From Tagaea sp. (lineage in GTDB: Bacteria; Pseudomonadota; Alphaproteobacteria; CACIAM-22H2): 64,000 nt of DNA. Positions 21,454-30,661 of the stretch are shown in pieces (the stretch's first letter is position 1; each line of letters starts with the position of its first letter). The stretch spans positions 1-64,000 of the forward strand of contig CBDIIB010000002.1 in NCBI GenBank assembly GCA_965279525.1, read 5' to 3'. A program made the translations under genes and the position numbers. The notes below the pieces were generated by a model, which was not told the DNA's origin, ran no database searches, and worked only from the letters and a program-made list of their open reading frames with translations.

Positions 21454-23123
21454 CGCGCATCCCCGTCGGCGAAGAAGCGCAGCACGCTGCGTACCGGATT
21501 GGGCGCCGCCTGGCCGAGACCGCAGATGGACGCGTCGCGCATCACGGCTTCCAGATCGCCGAGCTTGTCCGCCGACCAGTCGCCGGCGGCAAGCAGCGTT
21601 GCCATCTTCTCGGTCCCCGCCCGGCAGGGCGTGCACTGGCCGCAGGATTCGTCGCGGAAGAACCGGATCAGGTTTCCGGCGACTTCGCGCGGATCGTCTT
21701 CTTGCGACAGCACGATCACGGCATGGCTGCCAACGAACACGCCGTGCGCGTCGAGCGTGCCGAAATCGAGCGGCAGATCGGCGAGCCGTGCCGGCAGGAT
21801 GCCGCCCGAAGCCCCGCCCGGCAGGTAGCCGAGCAGGTCGTGGCCCGGCGCCATGCCGCCACAGAACTCGTCGATCAGTTCGCGCGCGGTGATGCCGGCG
21901 GGTGCCACCTTCACGCCGGGCGATGCCACGCGGCCCGAGACCGAGAACGAGCGCCAGCCCTTGTAGCCGCGCCGCCCGGCCTTCGCGAATTTCTCGGGGC
22001 CGTCCTCGAGGATCTCGCGCAGCCAGTGCAGCGTCTCGACATTGTGGTTGAGCGTGGGGCGCCCGAACAGCCCGCGCTCGGCGATATAAGGCGGGCGATG
22101 GCGCGGCAGGCCGCGCTTGCCCTCGATCGATTCGATCATCGCGGACTCTTCGCCGCAGATATAGGCACCCGCCCCGCGACGCAGCTCGACATGGCCCGGT
22201 GCGATCAGTCCCGCGTGTTCGAGTGCCGCGATTTCCGTGCCCAGGATCGCGCGGACGGCCGGATACTCGTCGCGCAGGTAGATGTAGATGCGCTGCGCTT
22301 CGACCGCCCACGCCGCGACCAGCATGCCTTCGAGCATGCGGTGGGGGTCGCTCTCCAGATAGTGCCTGTCCTTGAAGGTGCCGGGCTCGCCCTCGTCGGC
22401 ATTGACCGTCATCAGGCGCGGGGCCGGCTGGGCGTGCACGCTTTTCCATTTGCGCGCGACCGGGAAGCCGGCACCGCCAAGGCCGCGCAGGCCCGACGCG
22501 TCGAGGGCCGCGAACGTGGCCGCGCGCGCGTCGGGTGCGGCGCGCAACGTCTCCAGCAGCCGGTAGCCGCCTCGCGCGCGATAGGCGTCGAATGCGATGT
22601 GGGCCGGGATCGCGGCATTCGTGTCGCCGGCGGCGATGGTCTCGGCGAGCCCGGCTTTCGTGGCATTCCGGATCGTGCGCTGGCCCAGCATCGCGGCTGG
22701 CGCCGTCGCACACTGCCCGATGCAGGGTGCCGGGACGACGCGGACCTTCGCGGGATCCACGCTCGCGCGCATCGTGTCGATCAGCGCTTCGGCGCCCTTC
22801 ATCGCGCAGGACAGAGAATTGCAGATGCGCAGCGTACGCGCGGGCGGCGGGGTCTCGCCTTCCTTCACGATGTCGAAATGGTGGTAGAAGCTCGCGACCT
22901 CAAAGACCTCGGCTTCCGACAGGCGCATCTCGTGCGCGAGCGCGTTGAGGTGGCGGGCCGCGAGATGGCCGTAGCGGTCCTGGACAAGATGCAGGTTCTC
23001 GATCAGCCGGTCGCGCGTGCGGGATGCATTTCCCAGGAGTGCGCGCAATTCCGCCAGTGCCGCCTCGTCCATTGCGCGGCCTTTCGGCCCGCTCTTGCGT
23101 CTGTCCGCGTCGTGCGCCGGCAT
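21450..23123 (-). CDS. Formate dehydrogenase beta subunit (NuoE-NuoF-like fusion, FMN/NAD-binding)
   Basis: EVASFYHHF, GLRGLGGAGFP, NADEGEPGTFKDR, GAGAYICGEE, ESCGQCTPCR, SICGLG. Start inferred. Confidence 0.93.
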   Translation of the reverse strand: MPAHDADRRKSGPKGRAMDEAALAELRALLGNASRTRDRLIENLHLVQDRYGHLAARHLNALAHEMRLSEAEVFEVASFYHHFDIVKEGETPPPARTLRICNSLSCAMKGAEALIDTMRASVDPAKVRVVPAPCIGQCATAPAAMLGQRTIRNATKAGLAETIAAGDTNAAIPAHIAFDAYRARGGYRLLETLRAAPDARAATFAALDASGLRGLGGAGFPVARKWKSVHAQPAPRLMTVNADEGEPGTFKDRHYLESDPHRMLEGMLVAAWAVEAQRIYIYLRDEYPAVRAILGTEIAALEHAGLIAPGHVELRRGAGAYICGEESAMIESIEGKRGLPRHRPPYIAERGLFGRPTLNHNVETLHWLREILEDGPEKFAKAGRRGYKGWRSFSVSGRVASPGVKVAPAGITARELIDEFCGGMAPGHDLLGYLPGGASGGILPARLADLPLDFGTLDAHGVFVGSHAVIVLSQEDDPREVAGNLIRFFRDESCGQCTPCRAGTEKMATLLAAGDWSADKLGDLEAVMRDASICGLGQAAPNPVRSVLRFFADGDAR

Positions 23124-23233
23124 GGATACGGTTTCCCCGCGTTCCGGGCGAGTTTCGATCCGATTGCCGGCCATGGCAAGTGCGTGCGCCCGGGCGGATT
23201 GTCGGACGCCGGTGCACGTGCGATCATCGGCGC

Positions 23234-23611
23234 ATGCGGTGGGTTCATGTCGCCTTTGCGTTGCTCGTTGCCGGTTGTGCGCCGTCCTGCCCGCCGGGGC
23301 TGACGGCGGGGGTTTCCGTCGACCTCTATTTCGGCCGCGGTGGCGTTCCGGATGCCGACTGGCGCGACTTCGTCGACCGGTCGATCGTGCCGCGTTTCCC
23401 CGACGGGATGACGCTGTTCGACGCCGCCGGAAGCTGGCGCGATCCGCGTACCGGCCGGACGAGCTCGGAGGACAGCAAGGTCTTGCGCGTGATCGCGCCC
23501 GACGCACCGTCCGTCGCCGGACCCGCACAGGCAATCATCGACGACTACAAGCGCCGCTTTTCACAGCAATCGGTGCTGCGCGTCGAACAGCCGGCCTGTT
23601 ATGCGTTCTAG
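23234..23611 (+). CDS. DUF3574 family lipoprotein
   Basis: Lipobox LVAGC, LYFGR, PRFPDGMT.FDA.G.W, YKRRFSQQSVL. Confidence 0.85.
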   Translation: MRWVHVAFALLVAGCAPSCPPGLTAGVSVDLYFGRGGVPDADWRDFVDRSIVPRFPDGMTLFDAAGSWRDPRTGRTSSEDSKVLRVIAPDAPSVAGPAQAIIDDYKRRFSQQSVLRVEQPACYAF

Positions 23612-24002
23612 CGCCGTTGCGCTGGTCCTGCTGGGCGCGCTGCCCGCACTTGCGCAAGGTGCACGCTTCGACTGGCTCGCGCGCGTCGAGGATGAGCTGC
23701 CGGCGATCGAAGCCTGCGCGCGCGACCATCCCGCCCAGCCGGTCGGCGTTGCGGCCCTGCATGCCGACGGCACGGGCCGCCATTTGCTGCTGCGCGATGC
23801 GAGCGCGCTCGTCTGGTCGTGCGACGTGTCGGGCGGGCGGGCGCGCCTGTCGGTCGAGCCGGACGCGGGCGGCGAGGGGCATCGGCGGCCGATCTTCTGG
23901 CTTGCCCGCTATGGCGAGCCGTGGGCCGAATGCTGGGATGCCGATCCGGTGCGCGGCCGCGACGGCCGGCTCGTCGGCTGGTACGTCGTGCAGAACTGCT
24001 GA
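23601..24002 (+). CDS. Hypothetical exported protein
   Basis: Signal peptide (ALA cleavage), four Cys, overlaps the upstream gene, host-like codon usage. Confidence 0.65.
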   Translation: MRSSAVALVLLGALPALAQGARFDWLARVEDELPAIEACARDHPAQPVGVAALHADGTGRHLLLRDASALVWSCDVSGGRARLSVEPDAGGEGHRRPIFWLARYGEPWAECWDADPVRGRDGRLVGWYVVQNC

Positions 24003-25118
24003 TCAGGGACTGCGGGTGCGTGCGCAGGCTTCGGCGGCTTCGGCCGCGTTCGCGGCCTGCGGGAACAGCGCGGTTGGCGTGCCGGTCGACGCGGTCAGCA
24101 GCTCGCCGATCAACGGCCCGAGATTGCCGCGCGGCAGGTCGATGCGGCGTGGCGCTTCAAGCACGCGGCCGTCGGCGGCGACCGGTGCTTCGATGCCCCA
24201 CCAGCCCTGCAGCGTTGGGCCCGGTGCGCCATAGCGCCGGTCGGTGAGGCGCACGACACTTGTTCCGTCCGACGCCGGTTCGACGGTCGGCCAGAGCTCG
24301 CCGTCCGCGAACCAGTCGAATAGGCGCCCCTCCGGCGTGGTGCGAAGGACCGCGATCGCAGGGTCCCTTCGGTGCACGAAGCAGGTCCAGGCGACGGCGC
24401 CTTCCTGCAGGCTCGACGCGAAGCCCACGCGCGCCCCCGCCGGCTCGTCGACGACGATCCGGCGCAGCCAGGGCTGGAAGATCGTCGTGTAGACTCGCAC
24501 GTCGGCGACCGCCACGCCTTCAGCCGCGAGCTGGGCACGCGCCATCGTGTCGACGCGCTGGTTCTGCCCGACGCCGTAGAACTGGTAGACGACCGATCCG
24601 AACAGTGCGAGCCAGATCAGCATTCGAGAACGAAGTCGCGCGGGCTGCACCAGCGCCAGCACCCCGGCGGCGATCAGCGGCAGCGTGTAGATCGGATCGA
24701 TGATGCCCAGGCCCGGCAGCGCGAAGCGCGTGTCGGAAAACGGGGCCAGGAGCTGCGTGCCGTAGATCGTGAAGACGTCGAGCAGCGGGTGCGTGACGAG
24801 GGCGACGAAAAACAGCGCGATCCATAGGCCCAGCGCGTCGCTCGCACCCGCCGGCTCGAAGGGCCGCGCGCGGTTGTGATAGCTCCACGTGATCCACCCC
24901 AGCACGGGCGCCACGACGGGCGCGAAGAACAGCGAATGGGTGACGCCGCGATGGTTGCGCCATTCGGACCAGGCGTCGGCGCCCGACAGCACGAACGTGT
25001 CGAGATCGGGGATCGTCCCGGCGAGCGCCCCGAAGGCCAGCGCGCGCCGGCCGAAACGGGAACCTGCGACTGCATAGCCTGCGCATGCGCCGAAAGTGAG
25101 CTGGGTGAGGGAATCCAC
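24003..25118 (-). CDS. Inner-membrane metal-dependent hydrolase (YdjM family)
   Basis: DSLTQ..G, PDLD, HRGVTHS, THPLLDVFTIYGT, IIDPIYT. GTG start. Confidence 0.9.
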   Translation of the reverse strand: MDSLTQLTFGACAGYAVAGSRFGRRALAFGALAGTIPDLDTFVLSGADAWSEWRNHRGVTHSLFFAPVVAPVLGWITWSYHNRARPFEPAGASDALGLWIALFFVALVTHPLLDVFTIYGTQLLAPFSDTRFALPGLGIIDPIYTLPLIAAGVLALVQPARLRSRMLIWLALFGSVVYQFYGVGQNQRVDTMARAQLAAEGVAVADVRVYTTIFQPWLRRIVVDEPAGARVGFASSLQEGAVAWTCFVHRRDPAIAVLRTTPEGRLFDWFADGELWPTVEPASDGTSVVRLTDRRYGAPGPTLQGWWGIEAPVAADGRVLEAPRRIDLPRGNLGPLIGELLTASTGTPTALFPQAANAAEAAEACARTRSP

Positions 25119-25315
25119 GTTCGGGCGGCCGGCTTGTTCGGGAGGACTTCGAACCAGAATAGGGCCGCGGCCGACCCGGTCAATGGGTCTGCGGCATCCC
25201 GTTCCGCCGGCCGCCGGTTGCCAAGGGCGGGCCGACTTGTCACAGTCTGGCCTGTTGGTTGCATCGTCCGGGCTGACGCGGACGCGGGGCCGGGGACGTG
25301 CGAGGGAGGTCGGTT

Positions 25316-26758
25316 TTGGGCGAAACGGGGACGAAGGCGCCGGCAGCTTTCGACGAGATGACGGCCGCGGACGGCAGCGTCCGCCCGGCCTATGCCGAGC
25401 TTTCGACATGGCTCAAGCGCATGCCGGCCGAACAGATCGGCCGCAAGCGCCACGAGGCCGACCTGCTCTTCCGGCGTCTCGGCATCACCTTCGCGGTCTA
25501 TGGCGAGGGCGGGGACCCCGAGCGGCTGATCCCGTTCGACGTGATCCCGCGCATCATCACGAACGACGAGTGGACGGCACTGTCCGAGGGGCTCGTGCAG
25601 CGCGTGAAAGCGCTCAACGCCTTCCTCTACGACGTCTATCACGACATGGATATCGTGCGCGCCGGCAAGATCCCCCGGGAACTGATCGTCGGCAACGCGC
25701 AGTACCGGCCCGAGATGGTCGGCGTCGATGTACCTGGCCGCATCTACACGCACATCGCCGGCATCGACGTGGTGCGCGTGTCGGAAAACCAGTTCTACGT
25801 CCTCGAAGACAACGTGCGCACGCCGTCGGGCGTGTCGTACATGCTCGAGAACCGCGAAGCGATGATGCGCATCTTCCCCGAGCTGTTCGCGTACAACCGC
25901 GTCCAGCCCGTGGGCCACTATCCCGACGAGCTGCTGAAATCGCTGCGCTCGCTGCCGCCCGAATACTGCTCGGACAAGGACGAGCCGACGGTCGTGGTGA
26001 TGACGCCGGGTGCCTACAACTCGGCCTATTTCGAGCACGTGTTCCTGGCCGAGCAGATGGGCGTCGAGCTCGTCGAAGGCCAGGACATGTTCGTCGAGAA
26101 CGACATCGTCTACATGCGCACGGTCGCCGGCCCCAAGCGGGTCGACACGATCTACCGGCGTCTCGACGACGCGTTCATCGATCCCGCCGCCTTCAATCCC
26201 GACAGCGTGCTGGGCGTGCGTGGCCTGTTCGACGCCTACCGCAAGGGCAACGTCAATCTCGCCAACGCGGTGGGCACCGGGGTGGCCGATGACAAGTCGG
26301 TCTACACGTTCGTGCCCGAGATGGTGCGCTTCTATCTGGGCGAGGAGCCCAAGCTTGCCAACGTGCCGACCTATTCGCTGCGCAAGCCCGACGATCTCAA
26401 ATACACGCTCGAGCATCTGGGCGAGCTGGTCGTCAAAGAAGTGCACGGCTCGGGCGGCTACGGCATGCTCGTGGGGCCGAAATCGACGAAGGACGAGATC
26501 GAGGCCTTCCGCAAGCGCATCCTCGCAACGCCCGACAACTACATCGCCCAGCCCACGCTGGCGCTTTCCACGTGCCCGACCTATGTCGACGAGGGCGTGG
26601 CGCCGCGGCATGTCGACTTGCGTCCCTACCTGCTGGTTGGCAAGGACGTGAAGCTGGTTCCCGGCGGTCTCACGCGCGTCGCCCTCAGGCAGGGCTCCCT
26701 GGTCGTCAACTCCTCGCAGGGAGGCGGCACCAAGGACACCTGGGTGCTGGAGGGCTGA
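25316..26758 (+). CDS. Circularly permuted type 2 ATP-grasp protein
   Basis: GITFAVYG..ERLIPFD, VLEDNVRTPSGVSY, AYFEH, GTGVADDK, PRHVDLRP, VVNSSQGGGTKDTWV. TTG start after GGGAGG. Confidence 0.95.
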   Translation: MGETGTKAPAAFDEMTAADGSVRPAYAELSTWLKRMPAEQIGRKRHEADLLFRRLGITFAVYGEGGDPERLIPFDVIPRIITNDEWTALSEGLVQRVKALNAFLYDVYHDMDIVRAGKIPRELIVGNAQYRPEMVGVDVPGRIYTHIAGIDVVRVSENQFYVLEDNVRTPSGVSYMLENREAMMRIFPELFAYNRVQPVGHYPDELLKSLRSLPPEYCSDKDEPTVVVMTPGAYNSAYFEHVFLAEQMGVELVEGQDMFVENDIVYMRTVAGPKRVDTIYRRLDDAFIDPAAFNPDSVLGVRGLFDAYRKGNVNLANAVGTGVADDKSVYTFVPEMVRFYLGEEPKLANVPTYSLRKPDDLKYTLEHLGELVVKEVHGSGGYGMLVGPKSTKDEIEAFRKRILATPDNYIAQPTLALSTCPTYVDEGVAPRHVDLRPYLLVGKDVKLVPGGLTRVALRQGSLVVNSSQGGGTKDTWVLEG

Positions 26759-26761
26759 GCC

Positions 26762-27709
26762 ATGCTGTCGCGCGCCGCCGCCTCGCTCTACTGGATGTCC
26801 CGCTACATGGAGCGTGCCGAGAACATGGCGCGCATCCTCGACGTTTCCTACCGCATGTCGCTGTCGGCGACCGACGAGATGTCCCAGCGCACGCAATGGG
26901 AGCCGGCCCTCGTCGTCGCCGGCTGCGAGCTTCCGTTCGAAGAGACGGGCAAGAAGATCGACGCGCGCAACGTGATCGAGTTCCTGGCGTTGGACGCCAA
27001 GAACCCGTCTTCGATCCGCGCGTCGCTTTGGACCGCGCGCGAGAACGCGCGGGCCATGCGCACCCAGATCACGACCGAGATGTGGGAAGCGCTCAACGCG
27101 ACATGGCTGGAGATGCGCACGCTCGACTACGCCAAGATCGAGGCGATGGGCCTGCGCGCCTTCTTCGACTGGGTCAAGGAGCGCAGCCACCTGTTCCGCG
27201 GCGTGGGCTACGGCACGATGCCGCGCGACGCCGCCTACCGGTTCGTGCGCGTGGGCACGTTCCTCGAGCGCGCGGACTCCACTGCCCGCCTGCTCGACGT
27301 GAAGTATCACGTGCTTCTGCCCTCCACGCGCGACGTGGGCGGTGCGGTCGACTACTACCAGTGGGGCGCCTTGCTGCGCTCGGTGTCGGCCTTCCAGGCC
27401 TACCGGCGCATCTACCGCGACGTGATCCGCCCCAAGCGGGTCGCCGAGCTGCTGATCCTGCGCGACGACATGCCGCGCTCGCTGCGCGTGTCGTTCGGCG
27501 AGCTCACGCAGCTTCTCGACCAGCTGCGCGACATGTTCCAGCGCGACTATCTTTCCGCGCGCCTTGCCGACCAGATGTACAACCGCCTGCGGTTCGGCAA
27601 GATCGACGACGTGTTCACGCAAGGCCTGCACGAGTTCCTGACCGAGGTCGTGGACAGCAACTTCGCGCTCGGCAAGGCGATTGCGGAAGATTTCGGATTG
27701 ACGTATTGA
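26762..27709 (+). CDS. Alpha-E domain protein
   Basis: MLSR.A.SLYWMSRYMERAEN, ARENAR, GTFLERAD.TARLLDVKY, PRSL. Confidence 0.95.
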   Translation: MLSRAAASLYWMSRYMERAENMARILDVSYRMSLSATDEMSQRTQWEPALVVAGCELPFEETGKKIDARNVIEFLALDAKNPSSIRASLWTARENARAMRTQITTEMWEALNATWLEMRTLDYAKIEAMGLRAFFDWVKERSHLFRGVGYGTMPRDAAYRFVRVGTFLERADSTARLLDVKYHVLLPSTRDVGGAVDYYQWGALLRSVSAFQAYRRIYRDVIRPKRVAELLILRDDMPRSLRVSFGELTQLLDQLRDMFQRDYLSARLADQMYNRLRFGKIDDVFTQGLHEFLTEVVDSNFALGKAIAEDFGLTY

Positions 27710-27743
27710 GCGTGCTTCGCGCGCTTCCGGAGCAACCAGATCC

Positions 27744-28475
27744 ATGACCTACGGCGTCGGCCTTCTTCTCGAGGACGGACTTGTCCTGTGTTCGGACTCG
27801 CGCACGCACGCGGGCGTGGACCACGTCGCGGTCTTCAACAAGATGCATGTCTGGGAAAAGCCGGGCGAGCGCTGCATCACGCTGCTGACCGCCGGCAATC
27901 TCGCGATCTCGCAGTCGATCGTGAACCTGCTGACCGAGGGCATGGGCACCGACCGGACCGAGACGCTCGCCAACGTCCCCTCGATGTTCGAGGCGGCACG
28001 CCTCGTGGGGCGCGCGGTGCGCGAGGTCTACGATCTCGATGCCGAACGCCTGAAGGAGCAGGGATCGGAGTTCACGATCTCGCTGATCCTCGGCGGGCAG
28101 ATCAAGGGCAGGCGCCTGCGCCTGTTCCAGGTCTATTCGGCCGGCAACTTCATCGAGGCGTCGGCCGAGACGCCCTATTTCCAGATCGGCGAGACCAAGT
28201 ACGGCAAGCCGATCCTCGACCGCGTCGTGATGGGCAAGACGACGCTCAACGAAGCGGCCAAGTGCGCGCTGATCTCGATGGATTCAACGCTGCGCTCGAA
28301 CGTGTCGGTCGGCCTGCCGATCGACATCGCGATCATCCGGCGCGACGAATGCCGGATCGCGGTGCGCAAGCGGCTCGACGAGAAGGACATCTATTTCTCC
28401 GACATCCGCCGGCGCTGGTCCGAAGGCCTGCGCTCTGTCTTCCAGACGGTGCCCGACCCCGACTGGAAAGTCTGA
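27744..28475 (+). CDS. anbu: Anbu proteasome-type Ntn protease
   Basis: Thr after the initiator Met (MTYGVG), SDSRTHAGVD, AGNLA, GNFIEA, FQIGETKYGKPILDR, SMDSTLRSN.SVG.P. Confidence 0.93.
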   Translation: MTYGVGLLLEDGLVLCSDSRTHAGVDHVAVFNKMHVWEKPGERCITLLTAGNLAISQSIVNLLTEGMGTDRTETLANVPSMFEAARLVGRAVREVYDLDAERLKEQGSEFTISLILGGQIKGRRLRLFQVYSAGNFIEASAETPYFQIGETKYGKPILDRVVMGKTTLNEAAKCALISMDSTLRSNVSVGLPIDIAIIRRDECRIAVRKRLDEKDIYFSDIRRRWSEGLRSVFQTVPDPDWKV

Positions 28476-28488
28476 GGGCCGTCGGCGC

Positions 28489-29262
28489 ATGCCGATCCTG
28501 ACCGATCCACATTTCTACCTGCTGGCGATCCCGGCCTTCCTGCTCGTGGGCATCTCGAAGGGCGGCTTCGGCGGCGGGCTCGGCTCGATGGGCACGCCGC
28601 TGATGGCGCTCGCGATCCCGGTCCCGCAGGCCGCCGCGATCATGCTGCCGCTGCTGATGGTCATGGACGTGATCAGCATGTGGCGCTTCCGGCGCAACTA
28701 CTCGCGCGAGCTGATGCCGACCCTGCTGGCGGGTGCGGTGATGGGGACCGTGCTCGGCTATGTCGCCTTCCGGCATCTCGACGAGGCGTGGATCCGCCTG
28801 CTGATCGGCACCATAGCCGTGGTCTTTCCGCTGAAGGACTGGCTGCTGCGCGCCCTCGGCCGTGGGGGCACGCCGACGCGGCCGAACAAGGCCCGCGGCG
28901 CCTTCTGGGCCTCGATGGCGGGCCTTACGAGCTTCATCGCGAATGCGGGCTCGCCGCCGCTGATGGTCTATCTGCTGCCGATGCGCCTCGACAAGTCGGT
29001 GTTCGTCGGGACCAACGTGGTGTTCTTCACCTTCGTGAACCTGTTCAAGCTCGGCCCGTTCATCGGGCTTGGGCTGATGACGGCCGGGAACCTCGCCACG
29101 AGCTTCGTCCTGCTGCCGCTGGCATTCGCGGGCATCTGGCTGGGGCTCTGGCTGCACGAGCGCATCCCCGAGAAACCCTTCTATTTCTGGTGCAACGTGT
29201 TCTTGCTGCTCACCGGCATGAAGCTGCTCTGGGATGCGGCCGGGCTTCTGCTGGCCCGCTAG
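28489..29262 (+). CDS. TauE/SafE family sulfite exporter-like membrane protein
   Basis: GISKGGFGGG, AAAIMLPLL..MD, TSF.ANAGSPP...YL, FVGT. Confidence 0.9.
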   Translation: MPILTDPHFYLLAIPAFLLVGISKGGFGGGLGSMGTPLMALAIPVPQAAAIMLPLLMVMDVISMWRFRRNYSRELMPTLLAGAVMGTVLGYVAFRHLDEAWIRLLIGTIAVVFPLKDWLLRALGRGGTPTRPNKARGAFWASMAGLTSFIANAGSPPLMVYLLPMRLDKSVFVGTNVVFFTFVNLFKLGPFIGLGLMTAGNLATSFVLLPLAFAGIWLGLWLHERIPEKPFYFWCNVFLLLTGMKLLWDAAGLLLAR

Positions 29263-29342
29263 GGGCTTGCCGGGAGTTATTTTAGGTCTAAAGTATCCTC
29301 ATCCAAGCGAGAGGACAGGCCATATGAAGATCGTCAGCATCG
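29180..29342 (+). repeat. 163-bp direct repeat, copy 1 (tauE 3' end, intergenic promoter, first codons of the monooxygenase gene)
   Basis: Matches 30499-30661 at offset 1319 with 3 mismatches (aligned by eye). Confidence 0.95.
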
Positions 29343-29388
29343 CCGCAACGGCGAGGGCAATGAAGCTGCGGATTAGCATGTGCCCGAC

Positions 29389-30147
29389 TTACTTGAAGCG
29401 ATAGGTGACGCCAAAGAACAGGCCGTGGGTATCGAGATCGGCCGAGTGGTTCAGGGTGTCGCTACCACCTGTCGATGTCACACTGGACGACGAGGTGATC
29501 TTGTTAAACCGGGTGTAGAGATATTCGCCCCTGAGCGCCCAATCCTGGTTCAGCGCATATTCGCCGCCGAGCCCGAGGCTCCAGCCGGTCACCGTCTTCG
29601 AATCCGAACTGTGGCTACGCGCGGTGAAGGCCGTATCGGTGAACGTGGTATCCAGCGTCAGCCTAGTCACCGCCAGGCCGCCAGTGAGATAGCCGAGCCA
29701 ATTGTCTTGCGCCCAGCCCAGTCGGGGACGCAACGTCGCCATCCAGTCGGCCGAGACCGATTGTTGAAGGGTGAACCGCGCAGTGGTGAGCGATTCATAA
29801 ACCTCGGTCACCGAATACTTTTTGTCCAGGAATAGGGTATTGGCGCCCACCTCGATTCCAACGAGCACTTTACCGAACTGCCTGCTGTAACCGCCGACCA
29901 GGCCGCCCGACGGGCGCCACTGGGACAGGTCGTTATCGCCGGCGCGCTTCAACTGGCTGACATCGGTCGCGTTGAAGTAGGTGCCCGGTCCATCAATCGT
30001 CTTCGCATTGGACTGGCCATTCGTCGCGCCCAGCAAGCCACCGACATAAAAACCTGACCAGTCGACGGCGGGGGCCGGCTGCGCCATAGCGGCACCGTCG
30101 ATTCCGCCCGCAAGTGCGACGACAAAACCTGCGATAGTCCTGCGCAT
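29389..30147 (-). CDS. Outer-membrane beta-barrel protein (Omp25/RopB-like)
   Basis: Signal peptide, DWSGFYVGG, RPRLGWA, YLTGGLA, GWSLGLGGEYA, LRGEYLY, C-terminal GVTYRF. Lower GC than the flanks. Confidence 0.9.
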   Translation of the reverse strand: MRRTIAGFVVALAGGIDGAAMAQPAPAVDWSGFYVGGLLGATNGQSNAKTIDGPGTYFNATDVSQLKRAGDNDLSQWRPSGGLVGGYSRQFGKVLVGIEVGANTLFLDKKYSVTEVYESLTTARFTLQQSVSADWMATLRPRLGWAQDNWLGYLTGGLAVTRLTLDTTFTDTAFTARSHSSDSKTVTGWSLGLGGEYALNQDWALRGEYLYTRFNKITSSSSVTSTGGSDTLNHSADLDTHGLFFGVTYRFK

Positions 30148-30498
30148 TGCATCTTCCCGACTCGACTGTCGGCGAATCGTATCAGGCCATCCGTTGAGAT
30201 TCACGCTCCGAATACAATGCTCCGGCCATTTGAGAGGATTGCGAAAGCAAAACGAGGCCAGCAGGAAGGCAGTCAAAAAGCCGGTACGAGTTCGGTTGTT
30301 GGATAGGACCCGTTCCGTGCATTCGCTTCGGCGTGTTCCTTCGGGGCGCGTTCGGCAGACATGTGTAGCGCCTATCCCCGCTGTCGCGCCGGGTTCTTTC
30401 CTGCTTTCTCCAAGCGAGACGGGCACCGGGCTTGTTCCTTCGGCGCCCCTTGGATCACAACCGGCAAGCTCTCGGCCGATCGCGGCGCGCATGGCATC

Positions 30499-30661
30499 TC
30501 TATTTCTGGTGCAACGTGTTCCTGCTGCTCACCGGCATGAAGCTGCTCTGGGATGCGGCGGGGCTGCTGCTGGCCCGCTAGGGGCTTGCCGGGAGTTATT
30601 TTAGGTCTAAAGTATCCTCATCCAAGCGAGAGGACAGGCCATATGAAGATCGTCAGCATCG
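30499..30661 (+). repeat. 163-bp direct repeat, copy 2
   Basis: Near-identical to 29180-29342. Confidence 0.95.
30586..30614 (+). promoter_or_regulatory. Putative promoter (TTGCCG-N16-TAAAGT) overlapped by an imperfect palindromic operator TATTTTAGGTCTAAAGTA; duplicated at 29267-29295
   Basis: AT-rich dyad about 30 bp upstream of the monooxygenase ATG. Such genes are commonly MarR-regulated (inference). Confidence 0.55.

Noticed and set aside
25119-25140. LexA box upstream of the YdjM-like gene
   Set aside because: The two GTTC motifs are 13 nt apart, not 7.
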